This document shows, in pieces, positions 28,556 to 41,041 of a stretch of 64,000 bases of DNA. The translations under genes were made by a program, and so were the position numbers. Position 1 is the first letter of the stretch. The number at the start of each line of letters is the position of its first letter. Origin of the DNA: an uncultured Planctomycetales bacterium (GTDB lineage: Bacteria > Planctomycetota > UBA1135); assembly GCA_964584805.1 (NCBI GenBank), contig CAZPAY010000003.1:1889-65888 (forward strand). Direction: 5' to 3'. The notes below the pieces were generated by a model that had not been told where the DNA came from, made no database searches, and saw nothing but the letters and a program-made list of their open reading frames with translations.

Positions 28556-29692
28556 ATGCCAAAGACATTCCGCGCGCCGTACCCCTTCGTCCCTGCTGGC
28601 CAAGTTAGCCTGCACACTCAGGCAGCAGACACCTGGAAAACTCTTCTTGGCGACTTACGCGCGGCACAGCAATTACTGCTGGTCGAAAACTATATTTTGG
28701 AAGACGGCCTCGCGGGTGATGCGGTTGCCGACGCGCTTTGTGCCGCAGCAGAATCCGGGGTGCGCGTTTTATTGCATGTGGATTCTTTTGGGTCAAACCA
28801 AATGGGCGCTAATTTGCGTGAACGCTTAAAAGCAGCTGGCGTTGAAATGCAGTTTTACAATACTTTCCGCATTCGCCCTTTTTTCGGCCTGTCACCACTT
28901 GGTTTTGGCCGCACGCATCGTCGCATCATTGTGATTGACGGGCGCATCGCCTGGACGGGCGGTATCGCATTCGGTGACCCATGGTGGCATGCGCGCAAAC
29001 CGACACCCACGCGAGAAACCATGGTTCGCCTGGACGGGCCCGTCGCTGCAAACTTCCAAGGAGCGTTTTTCCGTCTCTGGAACAATAATCACGCGGGGCC
29101 GAATGCCGTGGCGCAACAGCCGGCATTGGCTTCCAAGCAGGGTAATGAAGCACGCCTCGTTCCGCAATACAGTCACAAGCCGACTTGGTTTCGCCGCTGC
29201 TTGCTGCATCATATTCACCACGCAGAAAAACGCGTTTGGCTGGCGACCGCCTATTTCATACCACCTACGCGTTTGCGTCGTGCGCTATTGGCAGCGGTGC
29301 GGCGCGGTGTAGATGTGCGTTTACTCTTGCCCGGACCAAATCTGCACGATCATGCCGGTGTGCGCTTAGCCTCACATCGGCACTATGGTCCATTGCTTCG
29401 CGGCGGGGTAACCATCATGGAATACCAGCCCTCTTTTCAGCACGCCAAGGTCGCTTTGTTTGATGACAGGTGGTCCCTCATTGGCTCACCAAATCTCGAC
29501 AGTTGGTCGTTACGCTGGAATCATGAAGTTGCCGTTGAGTTGTCCCACAAACGGATGAATCAAGAGTTGGCAGAATCCTTCGAGCAAGACTTCCAACTGA
29601 GTGAAACGATTGACGCCACGCGTTGGGCAAACCGCCCCATCCGCGAGCGATTAACCGAAAGCTTTCTTGGTTTGTTTGACGGAATTTTCTGA
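28556..29692 (+). CDS. phospholipase D-family protein, ClsB-like cardiolipin synthase
   Basis: Two PLD motifs. The first is HRRIIVIDGRIAWTGG (Lys replaced by Arg). The second is canonical: HAKVALFDDRWSLIGSPNLD. Confidence 0.75.
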   Translation: MPKTFRAPYPFVPAGQVSLHTQAADTWKTLLGDLRAAQQLLLVENYILEDGLAGDAVADALCAAAESGVRVLLHVDSFGSNQMGANLRERLKAAGVEMQFYNTFRIRPFFGLSPLGFGRTHRRIIVIDGRIAWTGGIAFGDPWWHARKPTPTRETMVRLDGPVAANFQGAFFRLWNNNHAGPNAVAQQPALASKQGNEARLVPQYSHKPTWFRRCLLHHIHHAEKRVWLATAYFIPPTRLRRALLAAVRRGVDVRLLLPGPNLHDHAGVRLASHRHYGPLLRGGVTIMEYQPSFQHAKVALFDDRWSLIGSPNLDSWSLRWNHEVAVELSHKRMNQELAESFEQDFQLSETIDATRWANRPIRERLTESFLGLFDGIF

Positions 29693-29701
29693 TTTGAAAC
29701 A

Positions 29702-30432
29702 ATGAAACTCTCCATCATGAGCTGGAACATCCACCGTGCTATCGGCATGGATCGACGGTTCAAGATTGATCGCATTGCGAAAGTCGTCCGCCACCATGAT
29801 CCGGATATCTTGTTGCTCCAAGAAGTCGATCGAGGTGTGCCGCGGTCACGAAAATTATGGCTAGATCACGAAATTGCGAAAATGTGTGATTACCCTGCAC
29901 ATTCATGGGCTCAGGCACACACTCTGAAAATTGGGTCTTACGGCAATGCGACACTGAGCCGTTTTCCGATTGAAAAGCGTAAGCATCTTGACCTAACCGT
30001 TGCGTGGAAGAAAACGCGCAACGCGCTTTACACACGCCTCAAAATGCCAGGGCGCTTTAAACCGTTGCACATCTTTAATTGGCACCTGGGCTTATCAGCA
30101 ATAGAGCGCAAAGCGCAGGTGAAACGACTCTTTCGCTCGGGGGCTTACCGCAAACTCAGCACACGCGACCGAATCATCTTAGGTGGCGACACCAACGACT
30201 GGCGGAATTTGCTCTACCCCTATGCAGATATCAAGCTTGAGCATTTTCATGCATGGAGTGAGCACCAAAAACGCCGACACCTCTACACTTTCCCGGCTCC
30301 AAAGCCCATCGGCGCACTAGACAAAATATTTTGGCGTGGGGCGTTTGCGAATGAACATTTGCATGTCAGCAAACTTGCACTTGCCCGTGTCGCAAGTGAT
30401 CACCGCCCCATCTTGGCGGAATTTGATTTAAG

Positions 30433-30436
<4 letters not shown>
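29702..30436 (+). CDS. endonuclease/exonuclease/phosphatase (EEP) family protein, YbhP-like
   Basis: MSWNIHRAIG, LLLQEVD, GGDTNDW and the SDHRPI motifs. Confidence 0.8.
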
Positions 30437-33229
<2,793 letters not shown>

Positions 33230-33347
33230 AAGTAAAGAATACCTCTGCCGCGCCTCGCCAACGATGATGAAAAGCCCGCGGCGACAGAACGCCTTGCCAA
33301 TAAGAAAAGACCGGAATTCCAGCAGGAACCCCGGCCCTCCCCGTAGC

Positions 33348-33764
33348 TTAAGCCAATGCTTTAGCGCCTTTTTGATCGAGCGCATAACCTGCAAACGGCA
33401 CCCGATTCGACACACGCCGAATTCCAGTCACCGTGTCTTCATGCTCTTCAGGAGCAATCTTGACTATCGCGGTTTTACCCTCTAATTGTTCCGCAAGCAG
33501 TTCCATTTCGCCGTTTGTCGGGATACCGATCGCCTCAAGGACGAACTTGGCACGCGACATCCCGCGCTCAGACCAGTGCAGGGAATCCCAACAAGCGGTG
33601 CGGCCTTGCCACTCGCCATCAAGTATTTCCCAACGCAGGCCCCAACGGGTATGACCAGCAGGACTTTCGCTTTCGCGGGTTTCGGCTACACGGCACCTGT
33701 ATTCGCCCTCTGGGACGGCACGCAGGTCTTCGATGTCAGCCACATTAGTGAAATCTACATTCAT
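33348..33764 (-). CDS. DUF669-like protein
   Basis: MNVDFTNV...VPEGEYRCRVAE...W.L.WEILDGEWQGR...KFVLEAIG follows the pattern of the phage-associated DUF669 family. GAGGA lies 9 nt upstream of the ATG at 33764. Confidence 0.5.
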   Translation of the reverse strand: MNVDFTNVADIEDLRAVPEGEYRCRVAETRESESPAGHTRWGLRWEILDGEWQGRTACWDSLHWSERGMSRAKFVLEAIGIPTNGEMELLAEQLEGKTAIVKIAPEEHEDTVTGIRRVSNRVPFAGYALDQKGAKALA

Positions 33765-33795
33765 GGTTATTATCCTCGCTATGTAGACGGGTGAG

Positions 33796-35391
33796 ATGAC
33801 AGAATGTGACGCTCGACATCTACTTTTTTTTTCGGCACAATCAAAACCCATGCTTTCCATGCCCCACCTGCTCGCCACCATCGCGCCATCCGCCGTTGCT
33901 CAAGCCCAAGAGACTTCACGCAATCTCTCAACCATGGTCGATGAGGCCGCGGGTTGGATTGTCGAAGTCATCGGCGCAGCATTTTTCTATCCGATTTACA
34001 CGACAACAGCCGGCACGGAAGTCCCGCTCGTTGTCGCCTGGCTCGTCATCGGCGCGACCTACTTCACGCTGCGTATGGGCTTCATCAACATTTGGGGCTT
34101 TAAGCATGCCATCCAAGTCACCCGGGGCATTTATGACAACCCAGACGACGAGGGTGAAGTCAGCCATTTCCAAGCACTGGCATCCGCACTGAGCGCGACC
34201 GTTGGCTTGGGCAATATTGCAGGTGTGGCGATTGCAGTCAGTATCGGTGGCCCTGGCGCGATTTTCTGGATGGTCGTCGCGGGTTTCCTTGGGATGTCGT
34301 CCAAATTCGTCGAATGCACGCTAGGTCAAAAATATCGCAAAGTGCGCTCAGACGGTCGTGTCATGGGCGGTGCGATGTTTTATCTCTCTCAAGGTCTCAA
34401 AGAAAAACGCATGGGCGGTCTCGGCAAGGTGCTGGCTATGATGTTTGCAATTCTGTGCATCGGTGGGTCATTTGGTGGCGGCAACACATTCCAAGTCAAC
34501 CAGTCGCTCAATGCGATGCAAGAAACGATTCCGTGGCTTGCTGACAACCGCTGGGTTTACGGCGCCATCATGACGGCACTCACCGGCATCGTGATTATCG
34601 GCGGGATTCAACGCATCGCGCAGACAGCGGAAAAAATCGTACCGGCGATGTGCGGAGTTTATGTCGTCGCCTGCCTTTTTGTTTTAGGCACTTACTTTGA
34701 GGCTATCCCATCGGCTTTCGCGACGATTTTTGACGGCGCGTTTGGCACGACGGCAGCATTCGGTGGTTTTGTCGGTGTACTGGTTCAGGGCTTCAAACGC
34801 GCGGCATTTTCTAACGAGGCGGGTGTCGGTTCGGCGGCCATTGCCCACAGCGCAGCCCGCACAGAATTCCCCGTCCGCGAAGGCATCGTGGCGCTCCTTG
34901 AGCCGTTCATCGACACCATAGTGGTCTGCACGATGACCGGTCTCGTCATTGTCATCACCGGTGCTTACAACCCCGACACGCTCGTCGGCGGAGAGGCGGT
35001 TTATGCCCCATACCTGACCAACGCAAACGGCGCAGGCCTGACATCCACGGCCTTTGGCTCGGTGATTAGCTGGTTCCCTTACGTGCTCAGCGTCGCGGTC
35101 ATGCTTTTCGCATTCTCGACGATGATTTCCTGGAGTTACTACGGAGAGCGTTGCTGGGCCTACCTCTTCGGCGACGGCTCCTCGATGCTCTATCGCATCT
35201 TGTTTTTGGTCATGGCATTCCTCGGTTCGATTATCACCTCGCAGAATATCCTCGATTTCGGCGACCTCATGATCTTAGGCATGGCCTTCCCCAATGTACT
35301 CGGTTTGTACTTTTTGTCGGGTGGTGTGAAGAAAGATTTAGATTCTTACATGAAATCCTTGAAAAAGGGTGACTTCACAACATACAACTAG
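33796..35391 (+). CDS. alanine/glycine:cation symporter (AGCS family)
   Basis: SHFQALASALSATVGLGNIAGVA, GGPGAIFWM and FSNEAGVGSAAIAH motifs. The ATG at 33850 is an alternative start. Confidence 0.9.
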   Translation: MTECDARHLLFFSAQSKPMLSMPHLLATIAPSAVAQAQETSRNLSTMVDEAAGWIVEVIGAAFFYPIYTTTAGTEVPLVVAWLVIGATYFTLRMGFINIWGFKHAIQVTRGIYDNPDDEGEVSHFQALASALSATVGLGNIAGVAIAVSIGGPGAIFWMVVAGFLGMSSKFVECTLGQKYRKVRSDGRVMGGAMFYLSQGLKEKRMGGLGKVLAMMFAILCIGGSFGGGNTFQVNQSLNAMQETIPWLADNRWVYGAIMTALTGIVIIGGIQRIAQTAEKIVPAMCGVYVVACLFVLGTYFEAIPSAFATIFDGAFGTTAAFGGFVGVLVQGFKRAAFSNEAGVGSAAIAHSAARTEFPVREGIVALLEPFIDTIVVCTMTGLVIVITGAYNPDTLVGGEAVYAPYLTNANGAGLTSTAFGSVISWFPYVLSVAVMLFAFSTMISWSYYGERCWAYLFGDGSSMLYRILFLVMAFLGSIITSQNILDFGDLMILGMAFPNVLGLYFLSGGVKKDLDSYMKSLKKGDFTTYN

Positions 35392-35394
35392 GCA

Positions 35395-35592
35395 ATGATT
35401 TACGCGCACCTCCCCCTTGCAGCCGCCGCCCTAAGTGGGGCCCTGCCCGTGGCCGAAGGCTCCGTTGAATCAAAAGTCATGCTGACCAGCATGGGCGTCT
35501 GGATGACCACCGCGTTGTGGGTTTTGATGATTGCAGTGAACGCTTGGTGCTTCTACAAGATTCTGCAGCATAAAAAAGCAATTTCCAACTAA
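35395..35592 (+). CDS. small membrane protein adjacent to the symporter
   Basis: Starts 3 nt after the symporter stop. The C-terminal half (MTTALWVLMIAVNAWCFYKILQHKK) is one TM helix plus a basic tail. The real start may be the internal MLTSMGVW. Confidence 0.45.
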   Translation: MIYAHLPLAAAALSGALPVAEGSVESKVMLTSMGVWMTTALWVLMIAVNAWCFYKILQHKKAISN

Positions 35593-35641
35593 AGTCGCGT
35601 AGTAAGCGGTCGTTAATGGGTGGAACCCCAAGTTCCATAAC

Positions 35642-36004
35642 ATGAACCCCTACACGACCCAAACCCCAATCGACCCCAATCGTCTCGCCGAGCTGCGAGC
35701 CCTTTTCGGCGGGGACGACGAGCTAAACGCGCTTTTCCGCGACTTTTTCCGCGATTTACCCTCCAGAATGGTCACCTTGCGTGCTGGATTGCAAAAAAAC
35801 TCGTCTGAACTGGTCGATTACGCTGCGCACACGCTCAAAGGCAGTGCAGCATCCTTAGGTGCGAAACAAGCCGCAGAATTAGCTGCGGATATCGAGAGAC
35901 TCTCTCGTTTGGGTAAGCTCGCTCATGCTAGCGCACTTTATGCAGAGCTCGAATCTGAGCTCAAACGCCTCTGGCAATGGCTTGGCTTGCGGGGGCTTAC
36001 CTAA
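35642..36004 (+). CDS. Hpt (histidine phosphotransfer) domain protein
   Basis: The AHTLKGSAASLGA phospho-His motif. Confidence 0.8.
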   Translation: MNPYTTQTPIDPNRLAELRALFGGDDELNALFRDFFRDLPSRMVTLRAGLQKNSSELVDYAAHTLKGSAASLGAKQAAELAADIERLSRLGKLAHASALYAELESELKRLWQWLGLRGLT

Positions 36005-36015
36005 TGAAATAGACC

Positions 36016-36034
36016 GTCAGCCCTTTAGGCTGAC
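36016..36034. terminator. hairpin between convergent Hpt and aminotransferase genes
   Basis: GTCAGCC-CTTTA-GGCTGAC (7-bp stem). It overlaps the aminotransferase stop. The U-tract is weak on both strands. Confidence 0.3.
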
Positions 36035-37158
36035 CTGCCGAAAAACTCGGCAATTGTCTTCATCACAACTTCGCGCTGCTCATCTACCACTCCGGGGTAG
36101 ATGGGTAGTGCGATAACTTCGTTTGCAGCGGCCTCGCTTTCGGGTAAATCACCGACCGCACCTCCAAGATGCGCAAAGCAAGGTTGCAGATGCAACGGCA
36201 GCGGATAGAAAACGGCCGAGCCGATGTCGGCCTTGCCTAGATGCTCACGCAAAGCATCTCGCTGTTGAGTACGGATTACAAACTGATGAAAGACATGCCC
36301 GGGGTGAGTTTGCGGCATTTGAATATGCTCGCCCAAACCCAGTTCAGCGGCCAACTGGAAATAATGCTCGGCTCCACAACGACGCGCGGCATTGTGCTCA
36401 GTCAAACGCGGCAAATGATGCAAAAGCGCAGCTGCCTGCAAGCCGGATTGCCGGAAATTAAAACCAACCTCATCGTGGAAGTAAACGCGCCCCCCACCAT
36501 GTTGACGCAACGCACGCATGCGTTCAGCGCGCTCGGCATCAAGAGTTGTCACAAAACCTGCATCACCGGTTGCGCCTAAATTTTTTGTTGGATAACACGA
36601 AAATGCCGAAGCATCGCCCAAAGCACCGCAAGCACCCGCTTCGTGAACCGCGCCAACCGATTGCGCGGAGTCTTCAATCATCATGACCGCGTGACCCGCA
36701 ACGGTCTCAACCGCAGAACGCACCGCCGCAACATCAAGCGGGCAACCGTATAAATGTACCGGCAGCACCGCCTTTGTCTTAGCCGTCGTTTTTGCCGCCG
36801 CCGTTTCCGGTGTCAGCAAATAAGTCACTGGGTCGACATCCGCAAAAACAGGAATCGCCCCAATCCGTGCCACCGCGCCCGCCGTCGCAAAAAAGGTAAA
36901 CGCTGGCAGGATGACCTCGTCGCCCGGGCCAATGTCGCAAGCGCGCAAAGCCAACACCAAAGCATCGGAACCGTTTGAGCAAGCGACCACATGCTCAATA
37001 CCTAAAAAAGACGAGAGCGCTGATTCCAACTCTGCGATCTCGGGGCCGTTCACAAAAGCCCCGTGATCAAGCAGAGCGGACCATCGCTCAAGGATCGCTT
37101 TTTTATCCTCGTCGCCGAGGTTGTAATGCACGTCGAAGAAGGGAACTCGCATGCACAA
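36025..37158 (-). CDS. DegT/DnrJ/EryC1/StrS-family sugar aminotransferase
   Basis: The FFDVHY N-terminus, the SNGSDALVLAL motif and the FSCYPTKNLGA PLP-lysine region. Confidence 0.88.
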   Translation of the reverse strand: MCMRVPFFDVHYNLGDEDKKAILERWSALLDHGAFVNGPEIAELESALSSFLGIEHVVACSNGSDALVLALRACDIGPGDEVILPAFTFFATAGAVARIGAIPVFADVDPVTYLLTPETAAAKTTAKTKAVLPVHLYGCPLDVAAVRSAVETVAGHAVMMIEDSAQSVGAVHEAGACGALGDASAFSCYPTKNLGATGDAGFVTTLDAERAERMRALRQHGGGRVYFHDEVGFNFRQSGLQAAALLHHLPRLTEHNAARRCGAEHYFQLAAELGLGEHIQMPQTHPGHVFHQFVIRTQQRDALREHLGKADIGSAVFYPLPLHLQPCFAHLGGAVGDLPESEAAANEVIALPIYPGVVDEQREVVMKTIAEFFGRSA

Positions 37159-37170
37159 ATTGTAGAGAAG

Positions 37171-39285
37171 TTAGTGGCGCACTTCCCAAGCAACAATCAG
37201 ATTGCGGCCTGCGCCGTTGAGCCCAGAGCCGTGCACGCGATAATCTTTGTCGAACAAGTTTTCGAGACTCACGCTCAGCACATTGCTTGCGCTGAATTCC
37301 TTTGACCAAGTCACACCACTAATCGCAAAGCCAGGTGTGCCATCGATTGGAATACGGCTACTGTCAAGCTCATCGCGCAAACTTAAATCATCGGCGCGGC
37401 CAACAGCCCAGACCCACGCCTCGAGCGAAGTGTCACTTCCATCAAGATAGTGACGCGCTGAGCCGTAAAACGACATAGGCACCAAACGATCGACAGGCTT
37501 GCGAATCTCAGCCGCACCGCCGGCCGTCCATTGATCGACCTCGCCATTCATTAAACTGCCCACAGCGTTTAGCGACCAAGCAGCATCAAGCTGGTAAGCC
37601 ATCGACAACTCAAAGCCCTGCAGGAAGCCATCGCCGTTGTCCTTGAGCACATCCAGACCGCCCGAGCCCTCGGGCGAACGCACAATCATGTCGGAAATCA
37701 CCGTGTGCCACAAAACGGCCTCGTAGCGCATATTGCCCGAGCCGCCTTTATGCCCCAGCTCAAACTGCAGGAAATGCTCGGGCTCAAGCGTAAAGTCAGG
37801 CGAATCGGCGACACTCGTCTCATCGGTACTCGTCGTGTCATACAAAGACGGCGCACGGAAGCCCTGTGTCGCACTCGCCCAAGAAAGGCTGTCGTTTTCC
37901 CCCCAGAAAGTCGCACGGACGCCAGCCGTGAGGGCATCCCAGGTGTCGGTATAAGAGCTTGGGGTGAAATCGACGACATTTGCATTCATGCCGACATGAG
38001 TAAATCGCAGGCCGGGCTCAACGGTTACCGAGCCAATGTCAAATGACGGCTCAACATAGGCGGCAAGGGTTGAGTAAGTCGCATCAGCGGCAACGGGGCC
38101 CTGAATTTCGTCGGACCAAACGCCCGTTGAATCGCGCCATTCACTCTTCCAGGAATCCACGCGCTCATGATGCACTTCAGCGCCATAACGCAAGAGCACA
38201 CCCGAATCGAGCCCGCGCTCTTCGCGCCAATTGAGGCCCCAGTCCTCGACCGAAAAGCCTTGGATGTCATTGCGGAAATCACCACTGCGAATCCGCCCGC
38301 GGTCACGCAATTCTTCGTGCTGATGCAGGCTCAAGGTCAAAGACCCACGATTCCGCGCACCGTTTTCCCACTCAAGAGCAGTCGAATACAAATCACGATC
38401 TTGGTCGTGGATGCGCCACAATTCAGAGCCCACGCTGGTGCCCATCCAAGAGATACCGTCGACCGTCTTGTGCGTGCGTGGCACATTCACCTGGCGCACG
38501 CGCTGCATGTTGACGCGTAAATTCAAACCATCATCAAGGCGTCGCACAAAACGCAAATCGCCAAACCAGTCATCGTAGCCTGTATTCGTTTGCGTGCCCG
38601 TTTCGCCGCCGGCGTGTAAATCACCCCAAGCTTTGCGAGTGATACCAAACTGCATCGCCCAGTCATCGCCCGTCTGCATCTGCTGCAAACGCGCGCCCCA
38701 ACTACTCTCGGCCGTAGCCATGCGTGTGCGGAACATGCCCTCAGTCGTCACATCGCTACCTGCCGCGCCGGGCTCAAGCGGAGTCGAAACCGCATTGACC
38801 ACCCCGCCAATCGCATCAGCGCCATAACGGATACCCGAAGTGCCGCGTAAAAACTCAACGCGATCCAAAGCCCAACTATCAACCGACGACCAATACTGAT
38901 TCGGCCCAGGGCGCATCACCGAGTGATTCAAGCGCACACCATCAATCAACAACAAGTTGTGATAGCCCGTCAATCCCCGCAAATACGGCGAACTTTGACC
39001 CTGTGCCGTTTTCTGTACCGACACGGATGGTAAACCGCGAAGTGATTCAGAAAGCGTGCGCGCTGTCGTGGCCAGTGTATCCGTCGAAACGGCTGAAATT
39101 GCCCAAGGCTCGGTCAACGGGTCGGCCTCAAAAGCGGACGCCGTCACGACGATTTCGTCGGAAGTAGCCTCTTGAGTGGCTGGCTTTTCACCAGCAGGGG
39201 TGTCATGGGTCGGTGCATCTTGGGGGCACGCAAAAACCATGGCAGCAAGAAGGAGATTAAGCATGTCAAACAAACGCACACTCAC
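37171..39285 (-). CDS. TonB-dependent receptor
   Basis: A signal peptide, a plug domain (IVVTAS..., RGLTGYHNLLLIDGVRLN) and a long beta-barrel ending DKDYRVHGSGLNGAGRNLIVAWEVRH. Confidence 0.85.
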   Translation of the reverse strand: MSVRLFDMLNLLLAAMVFACPQDAPTHDTPAGEKPATQEATSDEIVVTASAFEADPLTEPWAISAVSTDTLATTARTLSESLRGLPSVSVQKTAQGQSSPYLRGLTGYHNLLLIDGVRLNHSVMRPGPNQYWSSVDSWALDRVEFLRGTSGIRYGADAIGGVVNAVSTPLEPGAAGSDVTTEGMFRTRMATAESSWGARLQQMQTGDDWAMQFGITRKAWGDLHAGGETGTQTNTGYDDWFGDLRFVRRLDDGLNLRVNMQRVRQVNVPRTHKTVDGISWMGTSVGSELWRIHDQDRDLYSTALEWENGARNRGSLTLSLHQHEELRDRGRIRSGDFRNDIQGFSVEDWGLNWREERGLDSGVLLRYGAEVHHERVDSWKSEWRDSTGVWSDEIQGPVAADATYSTLAAYVEPSFDIGSVTVEPGLRFTHVGMNANVVDFTPSSYTDTWDALTAGVRATFWGENDSLSWASATQGFRAPSLYDTTSTDETSVADSPDFTLEPEHFLQFELGHKGGSGNMRYEAVLWHTVISDMIVRSPEGSGGLDVLKDNGDGFLQGFELSMAYQLDAAWSLNAVGSLMNGEVDQWTAGGAAEIRKPVDRLVPMSFYGSARHYLDGSDTSLEAWVWAVGRADDLSLRDELDSSRIPIDGTPGFAISGVTWSKEFSASNVLSVSLENLFDKDYRVHGSGLNGAGRNLIVAWEVRH

Positions 39286-39318
39286 CGTGTGGGTTCATCG
39301 AAAACCGCCAAAAAAAAA

Positions 39319-40089
39319 CTAGTCGTTTCGCCCCGAAACCAAAGGCTCTTTCACACCATCTGGCCCCACGAAAACAACAGCCGACTCCGCCCATAACTTA
39401 GCCACTCGCGCAGAAGCCATCACCTCAATTTGCTGACGCACCAACTGGTTTTCAGCCAACTCACGCACTCGCTGATCCTCAAGAGTCGGGCGATTCGCCC
39501 AGTCTTCATCCGAATACTCACCACTCGCGCGCATGGCTTCCATCTTGCTTTCGTACCACGCCTGCACCTCAACCTCAGTCGGGTGCTGCAAGCTCGAACG
39601 CATCTCAAGCAATGTTTCCTCAAGCCGAAAGCGCCGCAGCAAATGCGCACGGATGCCATCGGCACCAAGATGCTCCGTCAACATACGGACCGTGTCACCG
39701 GCCCCCTTTTTAAAGGCGGCTTCCATCTCGCCAAAGTGCTTTGCATCAACCTCCGGAAACCGCTGCTCATGCTCGCGCACCAACAACAAGTCGTGGATCA
39801 AAGGCCGCAACAACTCAAGCGGCTCGGCGTAAAACTCTGCCGACACCTTTGCCAAATGAGCCGCGCCGTCCACCTCAGCCCCGCCTTCTTGCCGCAAGTA
39901 AAACTGAGTCCACTCGCTGGTCAAAAACTCGTGCAAGGCCTGCGCATGAACCGGCGCGCCGTCCAAAAAAAGTGCCGTGGGACCCGGGACAGGCGGGGTA
40001 TCCCAGAGCATGCCCTTTGCCGAATCAGGATTTGCAGATGGGCTGCAGGCCGTAAGGAGCACAAGAAGCGTGAGAGTGAAGAAGCGCAT
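39319..40089 (-). CDS. hypothetical lipoprotein, helical (SurA-N/PpiD-like chaperone domain possible)
   Basis: Lipobox LLTACS after MRFFTLTLLVLL. The ATG at 40089 is preferred over the start at 40122. Confidence 0.5.
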   Translation of the reverse strand: MRFFTLTLLVLLTACSPSANPDSAKGMLWDTPPVPGPTALFLDGAPVHAQALHEFLTSEWTQFYLRQEGGAEVDGAAHLAKVSAEFYAEPLELLRPLIHDLLLVREHEQRFPEVDAKHFGEMEAAFKKGAGDTVRMLTEHLGADGIRAHLLRRFRLEETLLEMRSSLQHPTEVEVQAWYESKMEAMRASGEYSDEDWANRPTLEDQRVRELAENQLVRQQIEVMASARVAKLWAESAVVFVGPDGVKEPLVSGRND

Positions 40090-40158
40090 GTCTAGAAAGA
40101 ATAAAAGAGCGGAGCCAGCCAAAGCGAGCTCCGCCCAAAATCCAAAAGGAAGAAAAAC

Positions 40159-40983
40159 TTAGTAGCGGTTTTTCTGGTTGTTCATCACGCTGGAGTGATT
40201 CTGACCCGAGCAGTTCTCGTTGTAGCTATGGAAGCCACCGAGAGCGCCGGTATCAAGAGTCGCTTGCATGATGCAATTGTTATCACAGCAATGGTTAAGC
40301 GTGTAGTTATGACCGGCCTCATGCTGACAAATCGCACTCTGCGTAGTCTTAGAGCCGTAGTAAGTCGTCAACTGCTTTGGCGCGCCAACATAGCCAATGC
40401 CAATCGCGTTGCCCGGTGTTGGGTCAGCGCTAAAAGCAATCATCATGTCTTGGCCATTAAGGTTGCCGCCCTCGCGGTAAGCCTCGTCAAGCAATGCACC
40501 GATGTCAGCCGAGTCGTTGGAATCCCAGCGATAACCACGAGTCGGGACGAAATTAATACCCCAGTTTGCGTAGAGCGCGTCGTCAGCAAGCTCAACCACA
40601 TCAATGACATGGGTGCGCAAAAGCGGAATCGACGAGAACTTGGCGCGGTACTCTTCATCAACGGGGTGAGTGCAAGTCACGGTTGCACGCAGGCCATTGC
40701 CGGAATTGCCATTACTCTGAGGCTTGGCCAAAATTCCGAGCATGCTGTAGTAGGCCTCTTCGGATGGCGTCCAGGCGCGGTCAAATTGAAACTTGTCGCC
40801 ATTTACCGTTGTGAAAATTTCTGTGGCAAAGCGAGCGTCAAAGGCGTCGACCGAAGCGTAATCGGAAACTTGCGGTAGTTGATCCCAGGTTTGACCTGTG
40901 CTGTCGGTGTATGGACCGGAGGTGGTGAGAATCGGAGCTGCAATAGCAGCCGCGAGGATGGGGAGAATGAGGGGTATTTGCAT
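40159..40983 (-). CDS. secreted metzincin-type zinc metalloprotease
   Basis: MQIPLILPILAAAIAAP is a signal peptide. HEAGHNYTLNH is an HExxHxxxxxH motif followed by CIM as a Met-turn candidate. The longer ORF to 41238 was rejected because it overlaps the neighbouring gene. Confidence 0.65.
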   Translation of the reverse strand: MQIPLILPILAAAIAAPILTTSGPYTDSTGQTWDQLPQVSDYASVDAFDARFATEIFTTVNGDKFQFDRAWTPSEEAYYSMLGILAKPQSNGNSGNGLRATVTCTHPVDEEYRAKFSSIPLLRTHVIDVVELADDALYANWGINFVPTRGYRWDSNDSADIGALLDEAYREGGNLNGQDMMIAFSADPTPGNAIGIGYVGAPKQLTTYYGSKTTQSAICQHEAGHNYTLNHCCDNNCIMQATLDTGALGGFHSYNENCSGQNHSSVMNNQKNRY

Positions 40984-41041
40984 GAATGTGTGAGGGGGGA
41001 AAGAAACACTGGGTTCCCAAATAAATGAGTCGTCAGCGAAA

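Noticed and set aside
29690-29704. The PLD gene ends in TGA and the EEP gene starts 3 codons later in the same frame
   Set aside because: There is no downstream stem-loop. The EEP gene has its own ATG and a complete N-terminus (MKLSIMSWNIH). The E. coli homologs are separate genes.
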